From Eledone cirrhosa (taxonomy: Eukaryota): a stretch of 64,000 nt of DNA. Positions 25,200 through 37,425 of the stretch are shown here, one piece after another. The notes under the pieces were generated by a model. It did not search any database, was not told the DNA's origin, and saw only the letters and a list, made by a program, of their open reading frames with translations. The translations under genes and the position numbers were made by a program. The stretch lies in assembly GCA_964016885.1 (NCBI GenBank), contig OZ024745.1:73346001-73410000 (forward strand). Reading direction: 5' to 3'. Each line of letters begins with the position of its first letter. Within the stretch, counting starts at the first letter, position 1.

Positions 25200-27580
25200 C
25201 TCTCTGTATTACTCACTCCTATTTGTATTCCCGTTTACCCTGGATTAATTGATGCACATTCCAACTAGTGAATCCACAATATCACCAATAGAAGCCGACC
25301 ACGCTTAGCCAGCACAGACCTCCGATGCGGAAATCTTCAACCAACCACGATTCCAACAGCTGACACCATACATACGACGACTAGCTATTGATCCAAAACT
25401 CTAATTGATTGTGTTAATCCATGTTTTCAGCTGTTTGCATGGCCATTTACATTATTACGAGAGGAGTTCCAGCGTGAATGCATAGAAAATGAGTTCGCCC
25501 ATGGACGACGAAATCCGTGACCAAATTAACAGAAGTACCTTTTGAGCAAGAGTTGTGGAAGGGACTCAATCTGATCATGACAAATTTCGGAGTTTGACAC
25601 AATTTTCCAAAGTACAAACACGGATGATTCAGATAAGGAAAACAGCCAGATACTTCCAGCCGCACTCGTTGGCCATGTACCACAACCGGATACTAGGATA
25701 GTGGAAACGAGGGTTCGGCAGATGTAAGGTTTTTGTGGTTTCATGGATCTTCAAGATGACAGAATATGTCACGTGCACAACTGATGTAAACATCTATTTA
25801 ATCTCTACTCTAACCTATGGCAGTAAGGTACTCGAATCGATCAACTTTTTCTAGAGATTCATCATTGAATATAACGGGCATCTTTCAAAGGAGGAAATAT
25901 CGGCGAATGCTATTTTGTCTAGGCTGCGTTCATTTTCATGTCAACATCCGATGTGTAAACACTGAAGTGTTTAAGGGGCTATTGAGTATCCACGTATTTG
26001 GCACAGAATATCAAGAGGTTTTCAGCATAGTCAAAGTCAATGACGTTGAAATCATGTCCACAATAACACTCGGGAAATTCACTCAAGTACAAGTAAATTC
26101 CACGATTTAGTCGATGACATAGTTAAAGACTATTAGATATAGAAAATGAATTTCGAAGCACTCAGATTTTTCACGATAACAACAGAATGTCCAAATTAAA
26201 TCCACCAGCTTTACAATTATTAATCATTCTATGAACCATAATACTTCGGCGTACGCTGCGAGCAACAGAATCAAAAGCTGCTGCGAAACTCACAAAGCAA
26301 GTGACGTTTCATTTTGGGTAGCTACAGTGCTGCTCTAGAATGCTTTTGAAAGTGAAAACTTGATGCGCGCAGCTTTGGACATGCAGAAAACCATACTGGT
26401 GTAGTCGAGTGCGTTGATCACACCCGTGTAGAGTGATCTTGACCGCACTATCTAACAAACTGATATCCCGTTAATTAGTGCAGTGACGCTTAACACTCTT
26501 CTTAAAGAAAGGGAGAATGGACGAAATTGCGTGTCTCAGATACGGGTGTTCATGCGGTGCAGCCAGAAAAAAAACAAGACATTGAAACAACTTTTGAAGA
26601 TCAGAGTGGGTAGACCATCTTCACTGGAAAACTTATTGTTCTCCATGCACCTCCTTGATGGTAAGCGCATCCGGATTGCATGTGTCGCCTATGGCATGTG
26701 TGGAGTCGTGCATGACCGGTTAAGAGACGAATTATTGTTGAATGGGTTTATGAAATGGTAACACTATCGACTAGGAAAAATCATCTAGGTACAAAATAAC
26801 CGCGTCTTGAGATTTGAGGACCGCTTTGCTACTTGATGGGCGATTTTAAAAGTTGATAGTTTTCATGAGTTCCAAATCGAAACTACATTCTCCAGTTTTG
26901 GAGCGACGCTACACCAGTATTCAGCGTGATCAACACGAACATAATGAGTCGTTTGTCTTCTAAGTAGACGATAGTGAGTGACCTCACTGTTTGGGGCATG
27001 ATTAAACGTTTCAGAGAATTCTCTTATACGACCAATATTTTCCAATATTTTCTATTACGTCTGATAAACCTCTAGTCTTCTTGCCCGGGGCCCAAGAACT
27101 TGTGCTGTTCTTTTTCTACCATTCTTTCGGTACGTTCTAGCGTATCCAAGATACTGAATCGGTTTCCAAATTTGAGTTGGAATCACAAAGTGGTGCCACT
27201 TCATTTTGGTTTTACAATATTATGTTTCGGTGATCCCTTAGATAGTTTGTTGGCCCTTAGTAGTATATTATGTTTTTTTTCTAGTACCAGGATTGCGATC
27301 TGAGCTGTTTTCATTGCTTATTTCAACACCTCAGTAAGAACAGACTGAGCTAGACACATGGTCCAGCGAGATTGAACAAAGAAATAATTAATTTGATTGA
27401 TTGAGTACCAGATGATGTGATGTTTTTTGTGAGCCTTCTCATCGACCAGAGTTGTTTTCAGCACCCATATGGTACATGTAGTGGTGAACTGACGATTGGG
27501 GAATCTTAAATGATTCATGGCCAAAGTCAGGTAGTCTCACATCTGAGATTCAAGGAAGGTCTATATCATACCGATGTATC
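25200..27580 (-). pseudogene. Degraded RTE-like LINE (APE + RT)
   Basis: Minus-strand remnants: HKKHHIIWYSINQINYFFVQSRW (APE end), CFVSFAAAFDSVA, DFDYAEN (cf. DLDYADD). Confidence 0.7.
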
Positions 27581-29092
27581 GTAGGCATAGTCAGAATATT
27601 TCTTTCAAGAGTATTCAGTATTCTTCTTACATTCCAGCAGAAGAAAAAATAAATTTCGCTGTGAGCTAGTATTTCAGATTGAATAGCTATCATTTGCTTT
27701 CCTCCGCGAATAAGTGAATCGGCCCAGCCGTAGCATTAATAGGATTCTGAAAGGACGGTGAATTAGAGCAGTAATCAGTAGTTGTTTACTCTTACGCTGG
27801 TCCTGATCGAGCAGGATTATGATCAAGTGCATCTCATCCAGTGTTCTTTTTAATATAACTAGGACTACATTATGCAAAGTTTCCTTCCTGTGGGAATGAA
27901 ATTTGAAAGAGATTTTGCTGTTATTTCTAACAATTAAAGCGTAAATTAGAGGCATACTCCTTGGCTCGAATAAGTACTTGTCATGTACTTGGGTTGAATA
28001 CATCAATTATAACCTTTCCTATAAATATACGTTTCTTTATTTCCCAAACTGGAAATCATTAATAATATATTTAATTCCGATCTGTCATTAGAATTTAAAT
28101 TTTGTAATTATATTATAGTATTGAACCATTACATACAATGGCCGTAATCAATGTGGCAATTGTATTTCGTTAAAACAACAATAACAAAAAAAGAGCAAGA
28201 ACAAAAAAAAAGTCAACAACGCAACAAAAACGCTATATTTAGAGCATTCTAGAATTTTCTGGAATATGTTCAAAATAGCATGAAATAATGTAAAATGAGT
28301 TCGTGTTTCACCCATTAGTTGACATCTTGAGGCATTGAATATCTTTCTTCTCTTTCTTCATTCTAAGATCTTTTTCTCTAAGAGAATTTTCAACCAAATT
28401 ATTGGTGCCTAAATTAACTGTTTCAGCAATAATTAACCATTATTTACCGAATAACCAAATCACTCATTCAAAAGAAAACAACAATTACAAAACAAAAGTG
28501 GAACAATAACAACAACAGCACTAACAACAACAACAGCAACAGCAGCAACAATAAACAATATAGTAATGTAGCAAGCAAAAAGAAATGTGTGTTCAATTGT
28601 TAGAAAATCTCGTCAGGAGAATGAGAATCGAGTTCTGACTTCTAAAGAAATAAAAATCGATTTCAAACAAGATTCTGACCTTAATATTGATGATTTCTCA
28701 ATAAGTTGCCACTTTTTTCTTTTTCACTTATTATTATTATTTTTTTTTTCTAGAAAGGAAAGTAAGATATTTTGTAACGGTAACTAGCAAAAATAAAATA
28801 AAATAAATAGATTAAATAAAATAAATAGGAATCCATTATTGAAAAAAAAAAAAATCATATATAAAAACAGATAATTAAATAAATGTAAAATAAAGTCTCC
28901 AAATTCCTTGAATGGACAAACAAGTTCAAAGACTTTATTGTGGCTTGGTAAGGGAGCTGTTTATCGATGGAAATAATAATAATATAGAAAAGCACGCACA
29001 CACACTCAAAACATACGCCCATGCAAATACTATCAGAATGCTGCACATACACTGACACATACACTGACACATACATTCACACGCATTGACAG

Positions 29093-29123
<31 letters not shown>

Positions 29124-29695
29124 CTTACAGATACACACGCGCAGACACACACATACGCAGACACACACACACACATATATATATATGCATACGTGTGTGA
29201 ACGTGTGTATGTATATATGTATGTGCTCGTGTGCGCATGCGTGTGGATGTATGTGTGTGTGTACTTGTGTGTGTATATGTTTGTATGTGTGTGAGTGTGT
29301 GTATGTTTGTGTGTGTATGTGTGTGTGTGTATGTGTAAACATATAAACAAACATTTTGTTCCTTTGAAGTACATGAATATATAGTTAAACTTGTAATAGT
29401 GGAATCTATAGTTATTTTTTTTTATTTTTACTTGTTTGTATTCCATAAATCTTACGTCGCTACAAAGAACATGGCATGTTATTAGACAGGAAGCAAAGAG
29501 GTAAGTGTTTCTATGAAGAGAAAATGGAGTTTCGACCGCTTTACGTGTCTGTTTTCAGCAGTAACTGACGTACGATAGAACGCCGTATTCATGTAGTCGT
29601 GCATTCATAATGACTTGCAGACTCCGTGGAAATTCCGTAGTTTAATTAGATACAACCATCAAGTACTAAAGGTCAATATTATATATATATATATA

Positions 29696-30098
29696 TTAAA
29701 AAAAAGAGAGGTGTGACACACGAGTTGTGATATATTACTAAAAAGGAAAAGAAAATGCTGACAAATTTTTCCCAGTGAAAAATAGTTTAATTAGGAATAA
29801 GTATAAATTAGTACTAAGTATTGGTTAGTATTCAGTTTTAGTTTTAAGTTTTTACCGGTTGCGCATTTCTTATGCTTTTCAAAAAATAATTTTGAGATAG
29901 AGTGCTCGTGATGTTTGAGCAAAAATCACGAGCACTCTATCTCAAAATTATTTTTGAAAAGCATTAGAAATGCGCAACCGGTAAAAACTTTAAACCAAAA
30001 CTGAATACTAACCAATACTTATTACTAATTTATACTTATTCCTAATTAAACTATTTTTCACTGGGAAAAATTTGTCTGCATTTTGTTTTCCTTTTTAG

Positions 30099-30107
<9 letters not shown>
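29696..30107. mobile_element. Asymmetric fold-back element between (TA)n tracts (~185-bp arms)
   Basis: ~29730-29912 is the reverse complement of ~29925-30107 with several mismatches. The left arm extends ~35 bp further to its own (TA)n. Confidence 0.88.
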
Positions 30108-30167
<60 letters not shown>

Positions 30168-30259
30168 CAGGAAAGAAGAGTGACACGGTTTGCTATACAA
30201 AAAAGGCTTTTAATCTCATTGCTGACAATTGTTTCTCTGAACTGTTTCTCTAATTTCTA

Positions 30260-30302
<43 letters not shown>

Positions 30303-30307
<5 letters not shown>

Positions 30308-30596
30308 TAGAAATTAGAAAATATAAGCTTTCACCGTATTTTAGACTAAAGAAATTTCTAGCTTGATAGTGGGGTTTATAACCCTCGGAGAAATGGAAAA
30401 AGATGAGTGTTGCCGTACATGTACAGCAACACTCATCTTTTTCCATTTCTCCGAGGGTTATAAACCCCACTATCAAGCTAGAAATTTCTTTAATCTAAAG
30501 TACGGTGAAAGCTTATATTTTCTAATTTCTAATTTCAAACTAGCACACCGTTTCAAAAACATACTTACATGTTTACGTTTATAATTTGCTTGTTTA
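30303..30596. mobile_element. Asymmetric fold-back element between (TA)n tracts (117-bp arms, no spacer)
   Basis: 30303-30536 is palindromic about gtaca|tgtac (30419/30420). The right arm extends ~60 bp to (TA)n. Confidence 0.9.
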
Positions 30597-30618
30597 TATA
30601 AATATATATATATATATA

Positions 30619-30956
<338 letters not shown>

Positions 30957-31139
30957 GTGTGTGTGTGTGTTAGGTGTTTAATTACAGTTACAAGTGTGCA
31001 AATAAACTCGCATATCTGATGAAATGTCGAAAAAAGTCGGGCCCCGTCATCTTGATTTTACTCTAAGATGCTCGATAAGGAAACAATTGTAATATGCCCC
31101 AAAAAATTGTTTTGCTGCAACATTTACTTCGTTTCTTTT

Positions 31140-31652
<513 letters not shown>

Positions 31653-31848
31653 ATATATATATATATATAAAATATTAAACAAATAATGAATAAAACAATG
31701 AAACAGTTCCTTATATTAAACAAAAAAAGTTCATTATTTAACGATCGTTTCTAGGATATCCGGAATACATTGAGTTTTCATGATATCCGGAATACATTGA
31801 GTTCTTCATACGGATTGGACACTACCGTAAACTCTTGGTAGATTTATC

Positions 31849-31953
<105 letters not shown>

Positions 31954-32649
31954 GGAAATGTGCGTTTATATATTTGTTTTGCAAGATTCTTGATGTGAAA
32001 TCGTGTGATGAAACAGATATTGTTATATTTGGGGTGGTCATGCTGCCAGTTTTGCCAATAAAAACACGCATTGTTTAACTTTCACACCAGCTTTATTAAT
32101 ATTAGTTATTGGTTATTGCCCATTTCGTAAAAGCTCTTTTGTCACACATTCTATGACCTCCTCGAGGACTATTTGTTCTTCTTTGTGTTTCCTTTTCTTT
32201 GTGGTCTTATTCTGTTTACTACATCTTGCCTTTCTGTGCTACATTTTCTTGCCCGCGGAAGTGTTTGCGTTTGTAGCTGTGTGTGTGTATGTATCTAGCA
32301 TGTATATGTGTGTCTTGTGTGCACGTGTGTGGGTTTGTATATTGCACTGTTTGTATCGTCATATTTTTTCTCCTTATGTGTCCCATTATGTTTTCAGTCG
32401 TTAGGTTTTTGGGTGAGTGTTTTACTATTCCATCCGTGTTTTCTTTTGAGATCTGGTCTACTTTCTATTTTGTGTGTGGCCTCCGTAATTTGTTTGAGTG
32501 TTGTATCGGTTATACGCGTGGATACATAGAACCGACACATAATAAAGTACTATTTAATTAGGTATATGCAGCACAACAAAATGAATCGAATGACTTTAAC
32601 AGATGACTGATACTATTGACATGAAATGCTTTATTAATTCTTTCTCGTG

Positions 32650-32743
32650 CGCCCACACCTTCTCATACACACTTACCATCACCTTTCCATCAAAAGGTTA
32701 GATCACCGCTACCACCTCTCTTTCTCTCTCTCTCTCGCACACA

Positions 32744-32832
<89 letters not shown>

Positions 32833-33089
32833 ACACACACACCCACACACACACACACCCACACACACAGAGACACACACACACAGACACACACACACAC
32901 GCACACACACACACACAGACACACACACACACACTTACCATCACTTTTCCATCAAAACGTGAGATCACGAGTACCATCTTTCTCTCTCTCCCTCTCTCTC
33001 AGACACACTCATACCACCATCTTTCCATCAAGACTTGAGATCATTAAGAGTCTCTCTGTCTGACTCTCTCTCTCTCTCTCTCTCTTTCT

Positions 33090-33123
<34 letters not shown>

Positions 33124-33200
33124 CCAACGCACACGCTCGTACCACACACCTTCCAATGAAACCGACCTTTTACACAACAGAAAACACCAAGTTTAATATA
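32650..33200. repeat. Compound minisatellite: cttaccatcacc/ttttccatcaa units interleaved with (CT)n and (CA)n; related block at ~33880-34100
   Basis: The motif recurs at ~32672, 32934, 33021, 33918 and 34037. Confidence 0.7.
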
Positions 33201-34159
33201 ATAAATATTTGACACTGAGGTAATTCAACGGTTTCATTAGAAAAAACACCAAATGCTAAAAATCGATATATCATTTTAAATGTTTTCTTTATAAGTGATA
33301 TTGTTTACACACTAACAAAATATGTGGCACGTAATTGTATATACACAACAAGATATACAACAATATCGACCATGCAAAAAATAAATGAAATAAATTTAAC
33401 AAATGATTGGAAATTACCAAAATGGAATATTTTACTTATTTATAATTTGAGGATAAACAATATTTTTCATAAAAATAATTCTCCCCCTCTCTCTCTACCT
33501 CCTCTCTCTTCCCCTCTCTCTCTCTCACTTTCTCTCTCTACCTCCTCTCCCTCATTCTATCCCCCTCCTCTCTCTCTCTCCCTCACTCTATTCCCCCTCT
33601 CTGTCTTCCCTTTCTCTCTCTCACTCTCTCTCTCTCACTCTCGGTCTTCTCTATCTCTCTGTACCTCCTCTCTCTCACTCTCCCTCTCTCTGTACCTCCT
33701 CTCTCTCACTGTCTCTCTCTACCTCCTATCTCTCCCTCTCACTCTCTCTCTCTCTCTCTCTCTCACTTTCTCTCTCCTCCTACGCCTCTCTCTCTCACAC
33801 ACACACACGCACACACTCTCTTATTACTCTCTTTTCGTAATTGTTATAGCGTGGGATTTCGGCCTTGCTGCCACTACTAGCACCACCGTTATGTTTCTCT
33901 CACACGCACACAAGCTTTTACCATCACCTTTCCAAAGCATGATCCACCTGATTCCCCCCTCTCTTTCTCCATCTCTCTCTCTCTTCCTCTCTCTCTCTCC
34001 ACCTCTCTCCCTTTCTCGCACACACACAAACACACTCTTACCATTTCCCTTTTTCAAGATGACAGACGTTTTACGCTATAGAAACACCAACTTCAATATT
34101 ATAAGTAGATAGACAGACATACAGACACGTTGATAGATAGATAAATAGATAGATAGATA

Positions 34160-34209
34160 AATTTCTATTTATTTGCCACGAGGGCACAAAAGAAGGGGAC
34201 ATTTACACA
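34160..34209 (-). mobile_element. 50-bp 3' terminus of a Tx1-like LINE in (GATA)n
   Basis: tttatttgccacgagggcacaaaagaaggggaca matches the 3' ends at ~34232 and ~37192; gata repeats on both sides. Confidence 0.8.
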
Positions 34210-34404
34210 GATAGATAGATAGATATATTTCTTTATTTACCATAAAGGCATAAAAAGAAGGGACAAATACAAAGGGGGAGTTTACATAAAACCGAGTAAA
34301 AAGGGTATAAAATGAAAATAATCGAAAACAACCTCGAAAAAGTGTGCAATCCTTTGCCCGGGGAGCACATGGAGAAGGTGCTCCCCTCTCCTTCACTTCT
34401 TTAC

Positions 34405-35556
34405 CTACAGGATGGTATACAGAGAAGGCCCATTTACACGAGCCATTCTCGCCACTATCACCCACCTTTCATAAAGCTGCCTGTGGCCAAGCTCCTCTCT
34501 CTCCATTCTTATCCTTCTTCCGAAGTGATATCGGAAGAAGTAGACCAGACTATGGCCAGAGAGGAAGCTGCCTGACCTCAGACCTTTCAATCGTGTCCAC
34601 CAAATAACCTCTTTCAACATGGCTATTACGCACAGAAAAACCGCCTTTGCTTCCTTTGTGAAAAAGGGAGGCGGCTTCATTGTCATCACGGATTCGGCGG
34701 TCAATCGAATCGGCGCCACCCGCGACAGCAGTCGTTCGGCGTAGCCCCACAGATCAGCCACGCCCGGACATTGCACCAATGCGTGTGCAACGGTTTCTTC
34801 GTGACGCACGCATCTAGGGCAAATCTTTTTCGAGGGATCCCTGCCCGGGCGCCCGTGTCTGTAGAGCCTCTCTCGAACGGGTAGAGCCCCCCGGTAGCAG
34901 TGCCAGGCCAGTGACTTCTGGAAGTTGTCCATTGTTCCCGGGCCGAAAGTCCTACCGAACAGGCTGGCCAGTTCGTCCTCTTCCATGTCCAGCGACTCTC
35001 CAAGGGTGTCATCGCCCCTGCTAGCCACCAGCCCTCTATAGAATGACGAGGTGGATTCTCCACCGATGGCCGGGTCCGCTTGCCAGAGAGCCCTGAGCGC
35101 CTGGGCACACTCAGTGTGCCAGTCGCCCAGTTTTCCGGATCTTTGCTTGACCCAGGACTGCAGCTCGGTGAGCGAGACGAGTCTCGGAAAGGCTCGTCTC
35201 ACGAACGGAACCCACACCGGTTGACCAGTGAGGAATACCTGTAGGTGCCGTAGCCTTAATGCGTGCCTACGCAACATCAACCACGGCATCCCCAGCCCTC
35301 CTTTCGAAGGTTGTTGGCAGCAGATGGATCTTCTCACCATAGGAGGGCGCTTTTTCCAAAGAAATTGAAAGAGCATGCGTTCCATGGTGGTGAGTGTTTC
35401 CTTAGGGCAAGGCACGATAGTCAGGCGGTAGTAGGTGACGGACGCTATGTAAATGTTCGCCACCTCCGCCCGACCTTTCAGGGACAGCTTACACTTGGCC
35501 CATTTCTGGGTCAGTGCAAACACCTTGCTCGTAACCTCACCCCAGTTCTTTTCCAC
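34405..35556 (-). CDS. C-terminal remnant of Tx1-like ORF2 (post-RT region and zinc-binding domain)
   Basis: LSLKGRAEVAN, SKGGLGMP, CPRCVRHEETVAHALVQC; the frame is open for 383 codons. Confidence 0.85.
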   Translation of the reverse strand: MEKNWGEVTSKVFALTQKWAKCKLSLKGRAEVANIYIASVTYYRLTIVPCPKETLTTMERMLFQFLWKKRPPMVRRSICCQQPSKGGLGMPWLMLRRHALRLRHLQVFLTGQPVWVPFVRRAFPRLVSLTELQSWVKQRSGKLGDWHTECAQALRALWQADPAIGGESTSSFYRGLVASRGDDTLGESLDMEEDELASLFGRTFGPGTMDNFQKSLAWHCYRGALPVRERLYRHGRPGRDPSKKICPRCVRHEETVAHALVQCPGVADLWGYAERLLSRVAPIRLTAESVMTMKPPPFFTKEAKAVFLCVIAMLKEVIWWTRLKGLRSGSFLSGHSLVYFFRYHFGRRIRMEREELGHRQLYERWVIVARMARVNGPSLYTIL

Positions 35557-36559
35557 CTGTTTTATTGAGTGAGGGGTTGGGTGGGACTGTGTTTTGTTTT
35601 TGGGTAATGTGTTGTGTCTGTTTGTGTTGTGGTGGTGGTGTAGTTTTACTGAGGGACGGGTTGGGTGGGACTGAGTTTTGTTGTTTGTTTATCTGTTGTG
35701 GTGGTGGTGGAGCTGGTGTTGGTAGCAGGGTTTTCTTCTTGTTGAGTTGGGGACAAGCCGCCTTCAGGTGCCCTCTGCCTGCACAGATATGACAGGACGG
35801 CCTTCTCCCCTCCACGCTAATGTTTATATACCCGTGGCCCTCTAATAGGATTCTGTCGGGTATTTGGGCAATGCGTTCAGGCTTCATTTGCACTACAAAT
35901 TCTATACCTGTTCCACTGAACGCATTGCCTGTGGTTTTCCCAATGGAAATCACGTTGTCATTCGCTGGATCGATGAAGCCAGCTATGAGCCAGCAGTAGT
36001 CTACATCTGGCATCATCGCATCCAGCCATATGCGCTGAGTTCTTTTACCCATATAAGATGGATAAAAGGTAAAATTTGTCGAACGAATCGGCGACAAAGC
36101 ATATTTTTTTGCCGCTGATTCGTTCTTCATAATAATCGTTAGGTTTCCATACAGCCTGTCTCTTCTTATGAAAGTGGCTTCATTAAGTACTTCTGTAAGT
36201 ACTACTTTAATTTCTGCTTGTGTTGGTTGTTGAGGTTTTTTTGAGATGTTGTTGATGGTGCGGAAAACGACCGTCCGACTTTCAATATCTTTGGTGAGTT
36301 CTTGGGGCATTTTTACCGATAAGATTCCATTTTCCCCTTGAGTTATGTATTGTTTGGCCTTTTTTATTCTTTGTGCCACATCTGAAATATTTTCAGGTAT
36401 ATATGTTAAAGATTTCTTTGTTGTTTGTGCAAATGAAATATTATTGGTGTTGACTTTGTCGTCTGCTTTGCTTTCTGTTATGATGTTGTTTTCAAATGTT
36501 ATTTTTGTGTTTGTTGTGTCTTTGTTTGTGGTATTAATATTGTCATGCAAATCTTTCAA
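35537..36559 (-). CDS. Tx1-like ORF1 (nucleic-acid-binding protein with CCHC knuckle), C-terminally truncated
   Basis: VEGRRPSCHICAGRGHLKAAC followed by P/Q-rich repeats; homologous to 41780-42672. Confidence 0.85.
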   Translation of the reverse strand: MKDLHDNINTTNKDTTNTKITFENNIITESKADDKVNTNNISFAQTTKKSLTYIPENISDVAQRIKKAKQYITQGENGILSVKMPQELTKDIESRTVVFRTINNISKKPQQPTQAEIKVVLTEVLNEATFIRRDRLYGNLTIIMKNESAAKKYALSPIRSTNFTFYPSYMGKRTQRIWLDAMMPDVDYCWLIAGFIDPANDNVISIGKTTGNAFSGTGIEFVVQMKPERIAQIPDRILLEGHGYINISVEGRRPSCHICAGRGHLKAACPQLNKKKTLLPTPAPPPPQQINKQQNSVPPNPSLSKTTPPPQHKQTQHITQKQNTVPPNPSLNKTGGKELG

Positions 36560-37108
36560 ATTTTTTTGTTGTTGAAATCAATGTCCAGATTTGTGTTTTC
36601 GTCATTTTTCTCCGCACATTCGTCTGTTTTTCTTTTATTTTTTCTTTCCTTCTCTATGACGTTAGTTGGGAAGGAAGGGGGGACTAAAGCGTGCGAGCTT
36701 ACAACTCTTACCGCTGTCCCCCCCACCACTATTTTCGTTAGCTTCGTTTAACATTTCTGTCAGACGATTGAACTTTTATGCCACAAATTTTTAAAAAACA
36801 GGTTTTTCACTCCTGGGAGGGGCGAAGATGAGCTGACCCACCGCCTGACAGTTCAGACGGGGGGTCAAGCTACACAATAGTATCAAAATTAAAATTGAAC
36901 TTACAAAATTTCCGCAATAAATTTGAACAAAACTTCTGCGCGAAGTGAATTACATCTCTGCTGTAGAACAGACGACAGCTAGATTGATAGATAGATAGAT
37001 AGATAGATAGATAGTTTGGTAGGCAGGTACGTAGGTATGTAGGTAGGTAGGTATGTAGGTGGGTGAGATATTAGGTAGATATAGAGATAGATAGATAGAT
37101 GGTTAGAT

Positions 37109-37161
<53 letters not shown>

Positions 37162-37425
37162 GAGAGAGAGATAGGTAGATAGATATGTTTCTTTATTAGC
37201 CACAGGGGCACAAAAGAAGGGGACAAATACAAAAGGGGATGTTTACATACAATAAAAACGTGTAAAATATTATCACAAATGCAATTTAAAAATTAAACAA
37301 TTTTCCCAAATAGGGGGAGACATTACATATGGGTAACACATACCCCCGAAAAAAAATGTGCAACCCTCATCTCCAGGAGTACGAAGAGTTTGTACTCCTT
37401 TCCTCTCCTCCTCTTTTTCCTCAAC

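Larger units (their letters stand above)
34225..36980 (-). mobile_element. Tx1/L1-clade LINE, copy B, internally deleted (lacks APE and RT core)
   Basis: 5' UTR and ORF1 are fused at ~35559 to the ORF2 C-terminus. Flanked by (GATA)n on both sides. Confidence 0.9.

Noticed and set aside
29520-29565. Minus-strand CTGAAAA...GTC-GAAAC hammerhead-like string
   Set aside because: The core deviates and no stem I or cleavage triplet can be formed.
29950-29990. GAAA-TGCGCA motif in the 29696 fold-back (and GAAAGCTT at ~30507)
   Set aside because: Suggestive of decayed HHRs but lacking CTGANGA, so not called as ribozymes.
30216-30584. Mirror-image ORFs MIVGFITLGEMEKDE on both strands (similar pairs at 45769/45810 and 52081/52544)
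   Set aside because: A consequence of the palindromes; no coding signature.
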